From: Candidatus Gottesmanbacteria bacterium UBA6580
GTDB lineage: Bacteria; Patescibacteriota; Microgenomatia; UBA10105; UBA927
Length of the DNA stretch: 64,000 nucleotides
Assembly (NCBI GenBank): GCA_002433895.1
Contig: DJJA01000003.1
Location: 9,950 to 73,949 of the forward strand
Direction: 5' to 3'
Below the pieces are notes generated by a model. It was not told the origin of the DNA, did no database searches, and worked only from the letters and a program-made list of their open reading frames with translations. Positions 1 to 9,841 of this stretch are shown one piece after another; positions within the stretch are counted from its first letter, which is position 1; every line of letters begins with the position of its first letter. Position numbers and translations under genes: made by a program.

Positions 1-1873
1 GGAGCTCTCCGCCAGAAAAATGCTTCACATTACTGTCCATCCGGTCAGCGATATGGTCTAAATGCAAATCATGGAGCACCTGTGTCACTTTGTCGGTATC
101 CACCTGTTTTTTGGTCCACAACAGGAGATTTTCCCGTAACGTCATGTTCTCAAAATATTGAGGGTTTTGGTTGGCATACGCGAGTTGTGAGTAGATAGAA
201 TGCTCGCCATATTTTTTAATCGAATTGAGATCGCGTCCTCCATACGATACCTTTCCCTCTTCCGCACCAAAAAGCCCCAACATGTGACGCAAGAATGTGG
301 TTTTCCCGATCCCCGATTGCCCCTTAATCGTCACAAAAGACCCCTGCGGAATATCCATGCTTACATCATGAAGAATGTTTTTAAATCCCAGTTTATTTAT
401 CGATATATCAAAATTTGGCAAACTTTCTACCGGCACGCGCAGTTTCTCACGGGCGCCATCTGGTGTATCTACTTGATCGTAAGGACCCAATAGCTCATTC
501 ATCCTACGGATATCCTGAAGTGCCGGCTGTATTTTATCGGTATAGTCATGCACCATTTCCTCTATCATGGCGCCATTTATTCCCTCAAGTGCCATAGTAC
601 TTGTACCCGCAAGCATCACATTAAGTGACGGGTTCGTAAATTTTCCTGCCTTCGCATCTTTATTGGTGAGCGCATCCCAATTCATCAACGCTTCCCAACC
701 TGCCGCGACAATAGGGATACCATAGGTATAACCCATGCCGTAATATGCCTCTTTTTTGTCCCGGTCACTTCGTGAAGAGTCTGCGGCGACATCAACCTCA
801 TCGCTTTTTGACATATTACTCTGCAACTCTTCCATGGCATTCACCATGCTATCGGTCGTGCGCACCACTTCCAGGCTCTGTAACGATGACAAAACGCGGG
901 CATCGATAAGGTCCTTGCGTTTGAGATTTTCAGCCCGCTCTTTCAATATTTTCCGTGCAGTTTGCTCCCCGTGACGCGCGAGAAATGGAATACGGATTAA
1001 CCCCAAAATACCGGCAGGAGGCGCGATCAGGAATTCAGTCGTGGTAATAGCGCCCAGGGCGGCCACTTTTGGCAACATTCCCTTGTATGTTATCCGCATC
1101 AAATCCACCGTCGCCTGCTTACCCTTATCGACAATATTCATGATTTCCGATGCCGGCTTGTCATGGATGAATTCAAAATCGCGCATAAATACGGACTGCG
1201 CAACACGGGTGTTAATAGCAGAGCGGAGCTTCATGGTGCTTTCCTCGAATTGTTTATTAATTCTCCTTCCGTTCACGAGCGGTGGAATAAGCCCCAACAC
1301 ATAGACATACGGTAGTGTTTCTTTTGCGATTGCCATTGCCCGCTTGAGGCGGTCCCAGTTTCCTTTTGCTGCTGAAAATTGCACCGCCTCAGCCACAGCT
1401 TTTTCGATGTGTCCAGGATTGGAAGCATGTTGTATCCCGTAGATACTCAGCGTTTCCAAAACAGTATTCGTGCGGATTTTATCGGCTGCTTCATAAAATT
1501 CCGGCGCTATCGAAGAAAATTTGTACGTTTTTTCTATATCGGTGACTATGCTTTTGTATTCCGCCATATCCTTCTGCATGTCCGGCGAAAAAACAACTTC
1601 AGAGGCGCGCTTCCCCGCATTTCCCACCGCTTCTTTTACTTTCTGACTGAGTGATGTGGTTTCCTGTGGAGTAAGCGGAACCTGATGTTGGGCAAAGTCT
1701 TTGCTCACCTCGCCGACAAGGGCGTTTGCCCCCTCTCCGATAGCTTTCGGATCCTGCGCTTCTAATGCATGCAGTAATTTCGAGGAAGCTCCGGTATTTT
1801 TCGGAGGTGTGGAAGGACGCTCAGAAACACGGGCATCTTTATGATGCAACGGTTTCGGCGCTTGTTCACTCAT
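1..1873 (-). CDS. ABC exporter-like protein (fused TMD-like region + ATP-binding domain), runs off the window edge
   Basis: Hand translation from ATG 1873 (MSEQAPKP...) stays open to position 1; Walker A GQSGIGKT near 300-322 and signature FSGGE at the edge; TGCTATAAT lies 6 nt upstream. Absent from the ORF track because it has no stop in the window. Confidence 0.85.
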   Translation of the reverse strand, partial: MSEQAPKPLHHKDARVSERPSTPPKNTGASSKLLHALEAQDPKAIGEGANALVGEVSKDFAQHQVPLTPQETTSLSQKVKEAVGNAGKRASEVVFSPDMQKDMAEYKSIVTDIEKTYKFSSIAPEFYEAADKIRTNTVLETLSIYGIQHASNPGHIEKAVAEAVQFSAAKGNWDRLKRAMAIAKETLPYVYVLGLIPPLVNGRRINKQFEESTMKLRSAINTRVAQSVFMRDFEFIHDKPASEIMNIVDKGKQATVDLMRITYKGMLPKVAALGAITTTEFLIAPPAGILGLIRIPFLARHGEQTARKILKERAENLKRKDLIDARVLSSLQSLEVVRTTDSMVNAMEELQSNMSKSDEVDVAADSSRSDRDKKEAYYGMGYTYGIPIVAAGWEALMNWDALTNKDAKAGKFTNPSLNVMLAGTSTMALEGINGAMIEEMVHDYTDKIQPALQDIRRMNELLGPYDQVDTPDGAREKLRVPVESLPNFDISINKLGFKNILHDVSMDIPQGSFVTIKGQSGIGKTTFLRHMLGLFGAEEGKVSYGGRDLNSIKKYGEHSIYSQLAYANQNPQYFENMTLRENLLLWTKKQVDTDKVTQVLHDLHLDHIADRMDSNVKHFSGGEL

Positions 1874-2053
1874 ACAACGATTATAGCAAACATACGACAA
1901 CGAAAGGAAAGCAGTGAAGGGAGCGTCGTTATTGGTTTTTATACTCGGAAATTACCCAGCGGAGCCCTAGATTAAACTCACCGGTTACGTTCTCCGGCGC
2001 TTTCACGGCGTTTGTAAAATACATCGCGAGGCAAAAAAGGAAGGCCTCAACCG

Positions 2054-2557
2054 TTATGCTGCGGCTGGCTTTGGCGCACGGAAGTTGGTCCACATGCTCC
2101 TGGCTTTTTCAGGAATACTCTTAATGAACGTGAGAGCCTGGGCGCCTTTTTCTTTCACTGCTCCTTTTGCGACTTCCAGTCCAAATGCACCCATTGTCCC
2201 CTGATCGGCAAGCCACTTTCCAATAGGTCCGCCTTTGGCAATAATAGTACGGAATTTCTCACTCCCGACAAGACCGCCGGCAAACCCAACAACTGCGGTC
2301 GCGGTAGCAAGTGCGCCAACTCGTTTTCCGACAGCAATCCTTGCGGATTTCGTGGCGTCAGATTCAATCTGAGACATCACCGCTTGTCGTTGTTCATCGG
2401 TTAAACCGTTATGCACATCCGCATATTTGGCAACCATTTCTTTATGATCCTGATACCATTTTTCTTTGGCGCCCGACACCGTAAACGCGCGGCGCAATCC
2501 TTCTTTTATTCCTTTTTTTGGTGGTTCCATTGACATTCCTATTTCTGCCATAGACAT
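2054..2557 (-). CDS. Hypothetical protein with Gly/Ala-rich hydrophobic helix (pair member B1)
   Basis: 167 aa ORF; SD AAAGGA suggests the true start may be 2551; similar to 2941..3438. Confidence 0.75.
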   Translation of the reverse strand: MSMAEIGMSMEPPKKGIKEGLRRAFTVSGAKEKWYQDHKEMVAKYADVHNGLTDEQRQAVMSQIESDATKSARIAVGKRVGALATATAVVGFAGGLVGSEKFRTIIAKGGPIGKWLADQGTMGAFGLEVAKGAVKEKGAQALTFIKSIPEKARSMWTNFRAPKPAAA

Positions 2558-2588
2558 ATCCTTTCTTCTTTGGGCAAGATAATTTTAC

Positions 2589-2912
2589 TTATTTTACCTG
2601 ATCAATCCCCTCTTCTGAGAGTGCCTTATCGACTTCCGTCAGCACTTCATTCATCAGCGTGTCGATTTCCGTAAGCGCCTGGCCATCTTTAATCGTGTCA
2701 GTAATAAGCTGCGAATAGCTCTCCACCGTCACCCTACTTTTTGGATCTGCCGCCAAAAAATCAAGCTGGTCTTTGGGCATGTATTTCAGTAATACCGGCC
2801 ACACTGTTACCTGAAGCCCCTCAGAAATGGTGGTATAAAGCTCTGCCTTTTCTTCTTCAGAAAGCTTACTCTGCTCTATTCTTGTTACAATTGCTTTTAG
2901 TTTGTCTTCCAT
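2589..2912 (-). CDS. Small acidic helical hypothetical protein (pair member A1)
   Basis: SD AAGGAGG; paralog of 3435..3746 and 4277..4609. Confidence 0.8.
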   Translation of the reverse strand: MEDKLKAIVTRIEQSKLSEEEKAELYTTISEGLQVTVWPVLLKYMPKDQLDFLAADPKSRVTVESYSQLITDTIKDGQALTEIDTLMNEVLTEVDKALSEEGIDQVK

Positions 2913-2940
2913 GCCGCCTCCTTTATGAGCGTTCCCCTAT

Positions 2941-3438
2941 TTAGGGAATAATTTTTATTTTAGACGGTAACCCTGGACCTTTAGCAAAAAAGTCACCGAT
3001 GTTTTTGGCGATGTCTGAAAGTTTATTTGGTACATCAATAAGAATTGTCTTGTGGGGATCAAACATCCATGTCCGAACTGCTTCAAGCCCTGTGCCAATT
3101 GCTACCGGTGCGGTTTTGGTCAAAAATGCCCACATAGCCGGCAATCCGCCAGTCGCAATACTCCACCCTGCCGCAAGTCCTGCGCCGGTGATGATCCAGT
3201 TACGGACAACCTTACGCATCGCGGTTTTATGAATTGCTTTTTCATTGAACGCTATCAGTTCTTCCCGTTGTGCGGGGGTAAAACTAGCATACAAATTGTT
3301 GTACTTTGTCACCTCTTTTGCAGTCGCCCCTTTGAGGGTATAGGTTTCTTTTAGAAACGTCGTAATCCGCTCAGCGACGCGCTTCACGGCTCCCGGCTCT
3401 TTATCCACATTCACTGGTGTTTCAGTTACTTCGGTCAT
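2941..3438 (-). CDS. Hypothetical protein with hydrophobic helix (pair member B2)
   Basis: SD GGAGG; ATGA overlap with upstream A2; segment WIITGAGLAAGWSIATGGLPAMWAFL. Confidence 0.75.
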   Translation of the reverse strand: MTEVTETPVNVDKEPGAVKRVAERITTFLKETYTLKGATAKEVTKYNNLYASFTPAQREELIAFNEKAIHKTAMRKVVRNWIITGAGLAAGWSIATGGLPAMWAFLTKTAPVAIGTGLEAVRTWMFDPHKTILIDVPNKLSDIAKNIGDFFAKGPGLPSKIKIIP

Positions 3439-3746
3439 ATGTGCTCCTCCTTCAAGGCAGCATCGACTTCGTCCAATAATTTATTCATCGTTTCTTCTAT
3501 TTCCGCGTACGAGCTATCTGTATCAACAACTCCGGAAATAAGCGCATTGTACCGTTCCACTTTCTTCTTCTCATCAGTTTCTTTGAGAATTTCATCAATC
3601 TCATTGGGTGGAGCAAGTTTGATAAGTACCGGCCACACAGACCCCTGCAATCCTCCGGAAATTGCTGCATAAAGCTGCGCTTTCTCATCAGCAGACAGTG
3701 AAGATGCTTCTATGCGCGTGATGATATCATCGAGTCGCTGTTCCAT
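3435..3746 (-). CDS. Small acidic helical hypothetical protein (pair member A2)
   Basis: Aligns end to end with A1 (TRIExSxLSxxEKAxLY..IS.GLQ..VWPVL.K). Confidence 0.8.
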   Translation of the reverse strand: MEQRLDDIITRIEASSLSADEKAQLYAAISGGLQGSVWPVLIKLAPPNEIDEILKETDEKKKVERYNALISGVVDTDSSYAEIEETMNKLLDEVDAALKEEHI

Positions 3747-3749
3747 AGC

Positions 3750-4280
3750 TTATACGGCAACAGGAGCTGGCTCTCCCGGTTTTACCCGTTCCCCGCCGTG
3801 CAGTATTTTATTGACGATCGGTGCCACCGCTTCTGAAGTGACGACTGCGCCGCCTACTTTTGCCATTTTTCCTACTGCCCACTCCACCGGTCGGTACCGC
3901 ATTGTTGCCCACATACCAACGCCTTTAGTAAGCAATGAGCCTCTCATTGCAAATGGTATAACAACGGCAGTCAGCGCTATATCGGCAAGACGCGCACCAA
4001 ACTGAGCTATTTGAGCTGCTTCGTATGCCGCTGGGCGCAAGTCTGCGAGCATCTTTTGGGAACCCTCGTATCCTTTATTCCCCATCCGGTCAATCATCTG
4101 CTCGTAAGCCTCCACAGTTTCTACCAACGGTGCTGCACGCCGTACTTTTTCTGGCACAAGCGGGGTTTTAACATTCTTTTCCCGCCCACCCTGGAACCGC
4201 CCACTCTGTTTCATCTCAAGATAGGCAATTGCCCTACTCCTCGGACTCATTGCTGCTTCACCCATAGATTGCTCACTCAT
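3750..4280 (-). CDS. Hypothetical protein with hydrophobic helix (pair member B3)
   Basis: SD AAGGAGG; ATGA overlap with A3; segment LADIALTAVVIPFAM. Confidence 0.75.
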   Translation of the reverse strand: MSEQSMGEAAMSPRSRAIAYLEMKQSGRFQGGREKNVKTPLVPEKVRRAAPLVETVEAYEQMIDRMGNKGYEGSQKMLADLRPAAYEAAQIAQFGARLADIALTAVVIPFAMRGSLLTKGVGMWATMRYRPVEWAVGKMAKVGGAVVTSEAVAPIVNKILHGGERVKPGEPAPVAV

Positions 4281-4609
4281 GCTATCCCTCCTTTGGAAAG
4301 GGCAGTTTCGATATCATCTAATACTTCCTGCGTTGCTGTGTTGAGCTCCTCATATAGCTTAGGATCACTTAATGGTTTTTTCATGAGTTCGATATAAGCA
4401 TCTACGGTTGCCTTGGACGCATCAGCGGCCATAGCCTTCACTTCTTCACTGGGAGCATGCTGTAAAATGATGGGAAGCACGGACTCGTGGAGATATTCAC
4501 TTATCTTGGCATACATCGCTTCTTTGTCTTCGTCAGTCCAGCCGGACTTTTCAATTTTTACCACTATATCGGTGAGCCTGCTTTCAAAACTTTGATTTGT
4601 TGTATTCAT
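4277..4609 (-). CDS. Small acidic helical hypothetical protein (pair member A3)
   Basis: Paralog of A1/A2; TTGACA-18-TACAGT promoter-like sequence upstream of ATG 4609. Confidence 0.78.
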   Translation of the reverse strand: MNTTNQSFESRLTDIVVKIEKSGWTDEDKEAMYAKISEYLHESVLPIILQHAPSEEVKAMAADASKATVDAYIELMKKPLSDPKLYEELNTATQEVLDDIETALSKGGIA

Positions 4610-4729
4610 ACTAAACATCACTGTAGCGAACAATGAGATAGATTGTCAACAAGCTTGAGGCAGCGCTTGTTTCTTTACCCATAGTAGTGTCCTGTAGGCA
4701 CACCTGTCAAGCGAGCAATTACCCACGCG

Positions 4730-6061
4730 TCACTTCATTGCTTTAAGTATCCGCCCGAGTGCCACGATAAATGCCGCAGTTCGCAAATCCGTTTTATGAG
4801 CAACAGATGCCTGCCATACCGCTTCGGCGGCTGCGGCCATCTTATGCGCAAGCTTTTTATTTACTTGGGCTTTTGTCCAGTGCTGCCCTTTCAAATTCTG
4901 CTCCCACTCAAATGCCGACACCGTCACTCCCCCGCTATTACTAAGGATATCCGGAATAACCGGGACACCCTTTTTGTACAGAATAACATCCGCCTCCGGT
5001 GTCGTCGGACCATTTGCCATTTCGAGCACGACCTTAGCTTTGATCTTACCGGCATTTTCCTGCGTTACCGCGTTTTCTAGTGCTGCCGGAACCAATATAT
5101 CGACCGGCAACTCCAGCAGTGCATCGTTGGTCACCTGCTTCCCTTTTTTCAAATCGCACACCGAACCGGAACAATAGCACCCGGCCAAATACCCGTTTTT
5201 CTTTTTACATTCAAGGGTAAGCGCCGGATTAATTCCGTCGGGAACATAAATACCACCCTTGCTATCCGAGACCGCCACCACGGTAATCCCCGCTTCATCC
5301 AAAAACTTCACGATGTTATACCCCACATTGCCAAAGCCTTGTACTGCCGCAGTAAGTTTTCCTTTGAGCCGTAGTTTTTTTAAGATTGCCTGCAGCACAA
5401 ATAATCCCCCCAACCCGGTGGCCTCTTCTCTCCCCTCACTTCCCCCGTCTTTGATTGCCTTTCCGGTAAACGTGCTTTTGAGCTTCATCTCATCGCGCTT
5501 CGTCAGTGTTTTACCGAATAGCTTTGCTTTTTTGCGCTGTGTTTTGAGAAACTCGTCGACCATCCACCCCATAATAATCCCGTTTGTGTTCACATCGGGT
5601 GCTGGTACATCAGTGTCGGGACCAATGATGTCCGCGATCGCTTCACCGTATCCACGGCTTAACCGCTCAAGCTCACCCACCGAAAGCATTTTCGGATCAA
5701 CGATAATACCGCCTTTTCCTCCGCCGAGCGGAAGATCAGCTACCGCACATTTCATCGCCATCCAAAACGACAGCGCCTTTACCTCATCCAAACTTACATT
5801 GTGGTGATACCGGATACCCCCTTTATATGGACCTCTACTGTTATTAAACTGCACCCGGTATCCTTGAAATATTTGCTGGGAACCGTCATCCATGATGACA
5901 GGAATGGTCACATTTACCACACGCTGTGGTTGCTTCAACCGGTCAATTTTTTGTTGTAATGCAGCTTTTTGCTTTCCCGTTAACTGCTTATTGTTCACGG
6001 TTACTTGTTCAGCTTTTTTAAGCTGACTCATTGCTGACAAAAAAGGGTTTATAGTAGACAT
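4730..6061 (-). CDS. gdhA: Glu/Leu/Phe/Val dehydrogenase (glutamate dehydrogenase)
   Basis: [37 protein letters not shown] motifs. Confidence 0.95.
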   Translation of the reverse strand: MSTINPFLSAMSQLKKAEQVTVNNKQLTGKQKAALQQKIDRLKQPQRVVNVTIPVIMDDGSQQIFQGYRVQFNNSRGPYKGGIRYHHNVSLDEVKALSFWMAMKCAVADLPLGGGKGGIIVDPKMLSVGELERLSRGYGEAIADIIGPDTDVPAPDVNTNGIIMGWMVDEFLKTQRKKAKLFGKTLTKRDEMKLKSTFTGKAIKDGGSEGREEATGLGGLFVLQAILKKLRLKGKLTAAVQGFGNVGYNIVKFLDEAGITVVAVSDSKGGIYVPDGINPALTLECKKKNGYLAGCYCSGSVCDLKKGKQVTNDALLELPVDILVPAALENAVTQENAGKIKAKVVLEMANGPTTPEADVILYKKGVPVIPDILSNSGGVTVSAFEWEQNLKGQHWTKAQVNKKLAHKMAAAAEAVWQASVAHKTDLRTAAFIVALGRILKAMK

Positions 6062-6103
6062 AATTCCTCCTATTATAAATAGTACTCAATACCTATAGTT
6101 TGA

Positions 6104-6802
6104 CTAATAAAATAGCTCTGATTTAATCTGCTCCTTGGGAACATTATGCGCTAATAACTGCTCCCTCACCTCTTCTATCATTCCTTTGTTCCCGCACAGA
6201 TAAAACTCACTTTGCTGCAGGTCTTTTTCCTGCGAAAAAACATGTTCTGTCACATGCCCCCGCAGACCTGTCCAGGCATCAGAAGGCTTCGACAGTATTT
6301 GGTGCCACGTAAACGCCGGATGACGGGATTGTAACTTGTCTAACTCGTCTTTCCAATAGATATCTTTTTCAAACCGTTGCCCCCAATACAGTTCTACATT
6401 CGCTCCCCCACCCCGATCGAAATAATCGATGATCATCCCTCGAAATGGTGCAATTCCGGTACCCGTTGCAATCATCACTTTTTTACGCGGTGAATCTGCA
6501 AACGATAACACACCCCCGGTCGGAGCGACGATAGTCGCCGTATCCCCGACTTTCAAACCCAACGTCCATTTGCTTCCCGGCCCCATAGGGCTCACATCGT
6601 GCACCATAAGCAACGACAGATTTTCAGACGGAGGGGATGCAATCGACATCGTTCGGTTCACCCCGGGAGCAATCATGAGCATCATGTTTTGTCCTGCACG
6701 AAAATCAATACTCGGGGGCAAAACGAGGGCAAAGGTTACGAAATATACTTTATCGGTCACCTGCTCTTTTGAGGTAACCTTAAGCGTGAACTTCTGTGCC
6801 AT
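6104..6802 (-). CDS. FAD/NAD(P)-binding oxidoreductase, ferredoxin-NADP reductase family
   Basis: RTMSIAS, ATGTGIAPF, FYLCGN motifs; C-terminal ELFY. Confidence 0.9.
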   Translation of the reverse strand: MAQKFTLKVTSKEQVTDKVYFVTFALVLPPSIDFRAGQNMMLMIAPGVNRTMSIASPPSENLSLLMVHDVSPMGPGSKWTLGLKVGDTATIVAPTGGVLSFADSPRKKVMIATGTGIAPFRGMIIDYFDRGGGANVELYWGQRFEKDIYWKDELDKLQSRHPAFTWHQILSKPSDAWTGLRGHVTEHVFSQEKDLQQSEFYLCGNKGMIEEVREQLLAHNVPKEQIKSELFY

Positions 6803-7730
6803 GGGCTTCTAAATATTTTTCTGCGTCCATTGCTGCCATACACCCCTGTCCTGCGGCAACAATCGCCTGCCGGTACCGTGGATCTACACAATCCCCTGCT
6901 GCAAATATTCCCGGTACCGTTGTTTCTGTTTGTGCCGCAAGAGGTGATACCCCACGCTTTACCACCACATAGCCTTTTGGATCTAATTCAACCACACCCT
7001 GTAAAAATCCCGTGCTTGGCTTGTGCCCGATAGCCAAAAACACTCCTTGCGTCGGATAATCGGTAATCTCCCCTGTCTTTGCGTCCTTGAGCCGGATACC
7101 TGTTACCTCTGTATCGCCTAATATCTCTTCAACGATTTTATTCGTCAAAAAACTGATGCGGTCATCCTTTTTTGCCCGGTCAAGCATAATCGCTGATGCG
7201 CGGAACTCATCCCTCCGGTGAACAATAGTTACTTTCGGAGAGAATTTCGTGAGAAACGTCGCCTCCTCCATTGCGGTGTCCCCGCCACCGATTACCGTGA
7301 CAACTTTTCCCCGGAAGAAAAATCCATCACAGGTAGCACACCCCGACACGCCCTTACCTTTCAGCCGCTCTTCACTCGGTAACCCTAGATACATAGCAGA
7401 TGCGCCGGTGGCCACAATGACCGTTTTTGCCGTGTATTCATTGTTTTGTGTTGTAACGGTGAATACCGTGCCTTTGTTAATACCCGTCACGACCTCCTGC
7501 TTTATCTCCGCGCCAAAGCGCTCCACCTGCGTTTTCATATCAGTCACGAGCTGTGGCCCCATTATCCCTTTGGGAAATCCCGGGAAATTATCAACCTCTG
7601 TTGTCGTGGTAAGCTGTCCTCCCGGTTCTAATCCTGACAATACGAGAGTTTTAAGAAACGCACGGGAGGTATACAGTGCGGCCGTATAGCCCGCCGGCCC
7701 TGAACCGATGATGATGACATCGTACGTCAT
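6780..7730 (-). CDS. trxB: Thioredoxin reductase
   Basis: GSGPAG, CATCDG, GGGDTAMEEA, FAAGD. Confidence 0.97.
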   Translation of the reverse strand: MTYDVIIIGSGPAGYTAALYTSRAFLKTLVLSGLEPGGQLTTTTEVDNFPGFPKGIMGPQLVTDMKTQVERFGAEIKQEVVTGINKGTVFTVTTQNNEYTAKTVIVATGASAMYLGLPSEERLKGKGVSGCATCDGFFFRGKVVTVIGGGDTAMEEATFLTKFSPKVTIVHRRDEFRASAIMLDRAKKDDRISFLTNKIVEEILGDTEVTGIRLKDAKTGEITDYPTQGVFLAIGHKPSTGFLQGVVELDPKGYVVVKRGVSPLAAQTETTVPGIFAAGDCVDPRYRQAIVAAGQGCMAAMDAEKYLEAHGTEVHA

Positions 7731-7765
7731 ATTACTTTTTTAAAATACAACACGTGCTACCGCAA

Positions 7766-8074
7766 TTATTTATTCAACTCAGCAACCAAGGTGTCTTTAC
7801 TGGTAACCCCAATAAACTGTTTCGTTACTGCCCCTCGGTTAAACACCATAAGGGTAGGAATACTCATGATTCCGTACTTTTGTGCGTTGACCGGATTCTC
7901 ATCCACATTCAACTTGACGACCTTTGCCTTATCTCCTACTGCGGCGGCGACTTCCTCTACTATCGGCCCCTGCACCTGGCACGGACCGCACCAGACTGCC
8001 CAAAAATCAACGAGCACCGGCTTATCTGATTGCAATACTTCTGTATCAAATGTTTGATCGGTTACGTCTGCCAT
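7766..8074 (-). CDS. trxA: Thioredoxin
   Basis: WCGPC active site. Confidence 0.97.
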   Translation of the reverse strand: MADVTDQTFDTEVLQSDKPVLVDFWAVWCGPCQVQGPIVEEVAAAVGDKAKVVKLNVDENPVNAQKYGIMSIPTLMVFNRGAVTKQFIGVTSKDTLVAELNK

Positions 8075-8195
8075 ATTGCCTCCTTTGCAACACTACCCAA
8101 TATATTTTAGGATTTTCAGTATACCACTGGAGCGCGCTCTGTAAACCCCGTCTGTTTTAGACTGTCCGTACGCGCCACAACAAAGAGGTACCTGC

Positions 8196-8399
8196 TTATT
8201 CGCGGATACGGTACCCAGCGGCTATGACCGCTTCTTTTACGAGATCGTCACTATTTTTTTCATCCATCTCTACTTCCACTATCTGCTTTGCAAAACTACA
8301 CCGGCCGTTAATTCCCCGGTCTTCCAATTCTCCTTCGATGAGCATGGCGCAACTTGCGCAATGCATCCCGTCAATCTGATACGTTTTTGTTTTTTTCAT
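8196..8399 (-). CDS. Heavy-metal-associated (CopZ-like) chaperone
   Basis: GMHCASC motif, 67 aa. Confidence 0.85.
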   Translation of the reverse strand: MKKTKTYQIDGMHCASCAMLIEGELEDRGINGRCSFAKQIVEVEMDEKNSDDLVKEAVIAAGYRIRE

Positions 8400-8410
8400 A
8401 TACTGGTTGA

Positions 8411-9418
8411 TTATTTTACAATGAAAGTGCCACCATACATCCCCATACTACAACTAAACGGTAACTCTCCGCTGGTATCCGGAGCGGTAAAGCTCACCGT
8501 GGTTGTCTGTCCCACCGGCACCACCTCCTGTATTCCAAGCTGCGGGATGGTGAATGCCTGGATACACCCCTCCCCCGCGGTATTCGTTAGGGTAAGCGTA
8601 ACATCTTGCCCTTTCGGAATAACCGGGTTATCTATCCTGTAGCCATTGAGCCAAAATGTAATAACTGGCGTCGTCGTCGGTTCACCCGTGCTTTGCCCAT
8701 CAGGGCAAAATGTGATGGTGCAATACGCAGAGCGCGCGAGTGATTTCAACGTCACTGTAGACCCGTACAACGTGAGCGCTGCGTTGAAATTAATGAGTGC
8801 AAGCACCATCACGAGCGTTGCGGCGACAACACCGAACTTATCCTTCAGTGTCGCTTTAATAACGTCGATCGAAACCCCAAGAAGGAAAAATAACGGTGCG
8901 GTTCCCAACACAAACACGAAAAGCACCGCCATCCCCCACCATGGACTTCCGGTGCCAGCTGCCAACGCCATCATTGCCTGCGTTGTCCCGCAAGGAATAA
9001 AAACAGAAAGTAATCCGATTACAAATGGCGCAAATACTCCCCCCGCCTTTGCCCTACCTCTGATAAACTTGGTGAGAAACCGCGGCGGCTGGATGACAAA
9101 ATAACGGAATAATGGATGCACGTCGAGAAAGGAAAGCGCTGTACCAATCATAAAAAACGAAGCTAAACCGATACCGATAGCCTGTGCCCTCGGTGATAAT
9201 CCAACTTGTGACCCTACCCACCCCAGAAAGAACCCCAACACTGCATGAGAAATAAGCTTAGCAAGTAAAAATGACGCCACTCCCCACGCCCGTGACCCCC
9301 GGGGATGCTCTTCTTCTTCAGAAGAAAGTGCAGTCACGAGTAAGCCTCCCTGTACGGCCATACAGGTCAGGCCGCCCGCGATTAAACCGGTCGTAAATAT
9401 GATCCAAAGGTTAGGCAT
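8411..9418 (-). CDS. DsbD_2/TauE-like membrane protein with C-terminal cupredoxin domain
   Basis: GGLTCMAVQGGLL, IPCGTTQ, multiple TM helices, FSCSMGMY. Confidence 0.85.
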   Translation of the reverse strand: MPNLWIIFTTGLIAGGLTCMAVQGGLLVTALSSEEEEHPRGSRAWGVASFLLAKLISHAVLGFFLGWVGSQVGLSPRAQAIGIGLASFFMIGTALSFLDVHPLFRYFVIQPPRFLTKFIRGRAKAGGVFAPFVIGLLSVFIPCGTTQAMMALAAGTGSPWWGMAVLFVFVLGTAPLFFLLGVSIDVIKATLKDKFGVVAATLVMVLALINFNAALTLYGSTVTLKSLARSAYCTITFCPDGQSTGEPTTTPVITFWLNGYRIDNPVIPKGQDVTLTLTNTAGEGCIQAFTIPQLGIQEVVPVGQTTTVSFTAPDTSGELPFSCSMGMYGGTFIVK

Positions 9419-9445
9419 ATAAGTAAGGTAGTATAACCCGGCTAG

Positions 9446-9505
9446 TTGACATTCTGCAAAATGATGGTACGATCATTATATCCCTATGGGGGGGATAAAC
9501 GTCAA
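9446..9505. promoter_or_regulatory. Overlapping divergent promoters with CsoR-type operator
   Basis: Plus strand TTGACA (9446) with TG-n-TACGAT (9468); minus strand TTGACG (9505-9500) with TATAAT (9480-9475); G/C-tract inverted repeat TATCCC-N7-GGGATA at 9479-9497. Confidence 0.75.
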
Positions 9506-9556
9506 TACAGCAGTTTGGTTCACCCTAATTTGAACCATAAAATATAAGGAGTATAT

Positions 9557-9841
9557 ATGCCAAAAGGAATACCGCGAAATCAGACCGTACAACAAAAAAT
9601 CCTGCACCGCATGAAGATCGCGCGCGGACACCTCAACCGCGTCATCCGCATGATGGAACATGGCGATTATTGCGTCAACATAATCCATCAATCCCTTGCG
9701 GTACAGGCGGCTTTACGGAGCACCGACCAGGAGATTCTCAGGAACCATCTGGTTACCTGTGTCGCGGAAGAGATAAAAAAAGGTAATGCTGATGAGGTCA
9801 TCGAGGAAGTTATGAAAGTCATGGAGAAACAACATGGATAA
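9557..9841 (+). CDS. csoR: Copper-sensing repressor CsoR
   Basis: Cys (DYC) ... His-x3-Cys (HLVTC) fingerprint; heads the copper ATPase operon. Confidence 0.9.
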   Translation: MPKGIPRNQTVQQKILHRMKIARGHLNRVIRMMEHGDYCVNIIHQSLAVQAALRSTDQEILRNHLVTCVAEEIKKGNADEVIEEVMKVMEKQHG

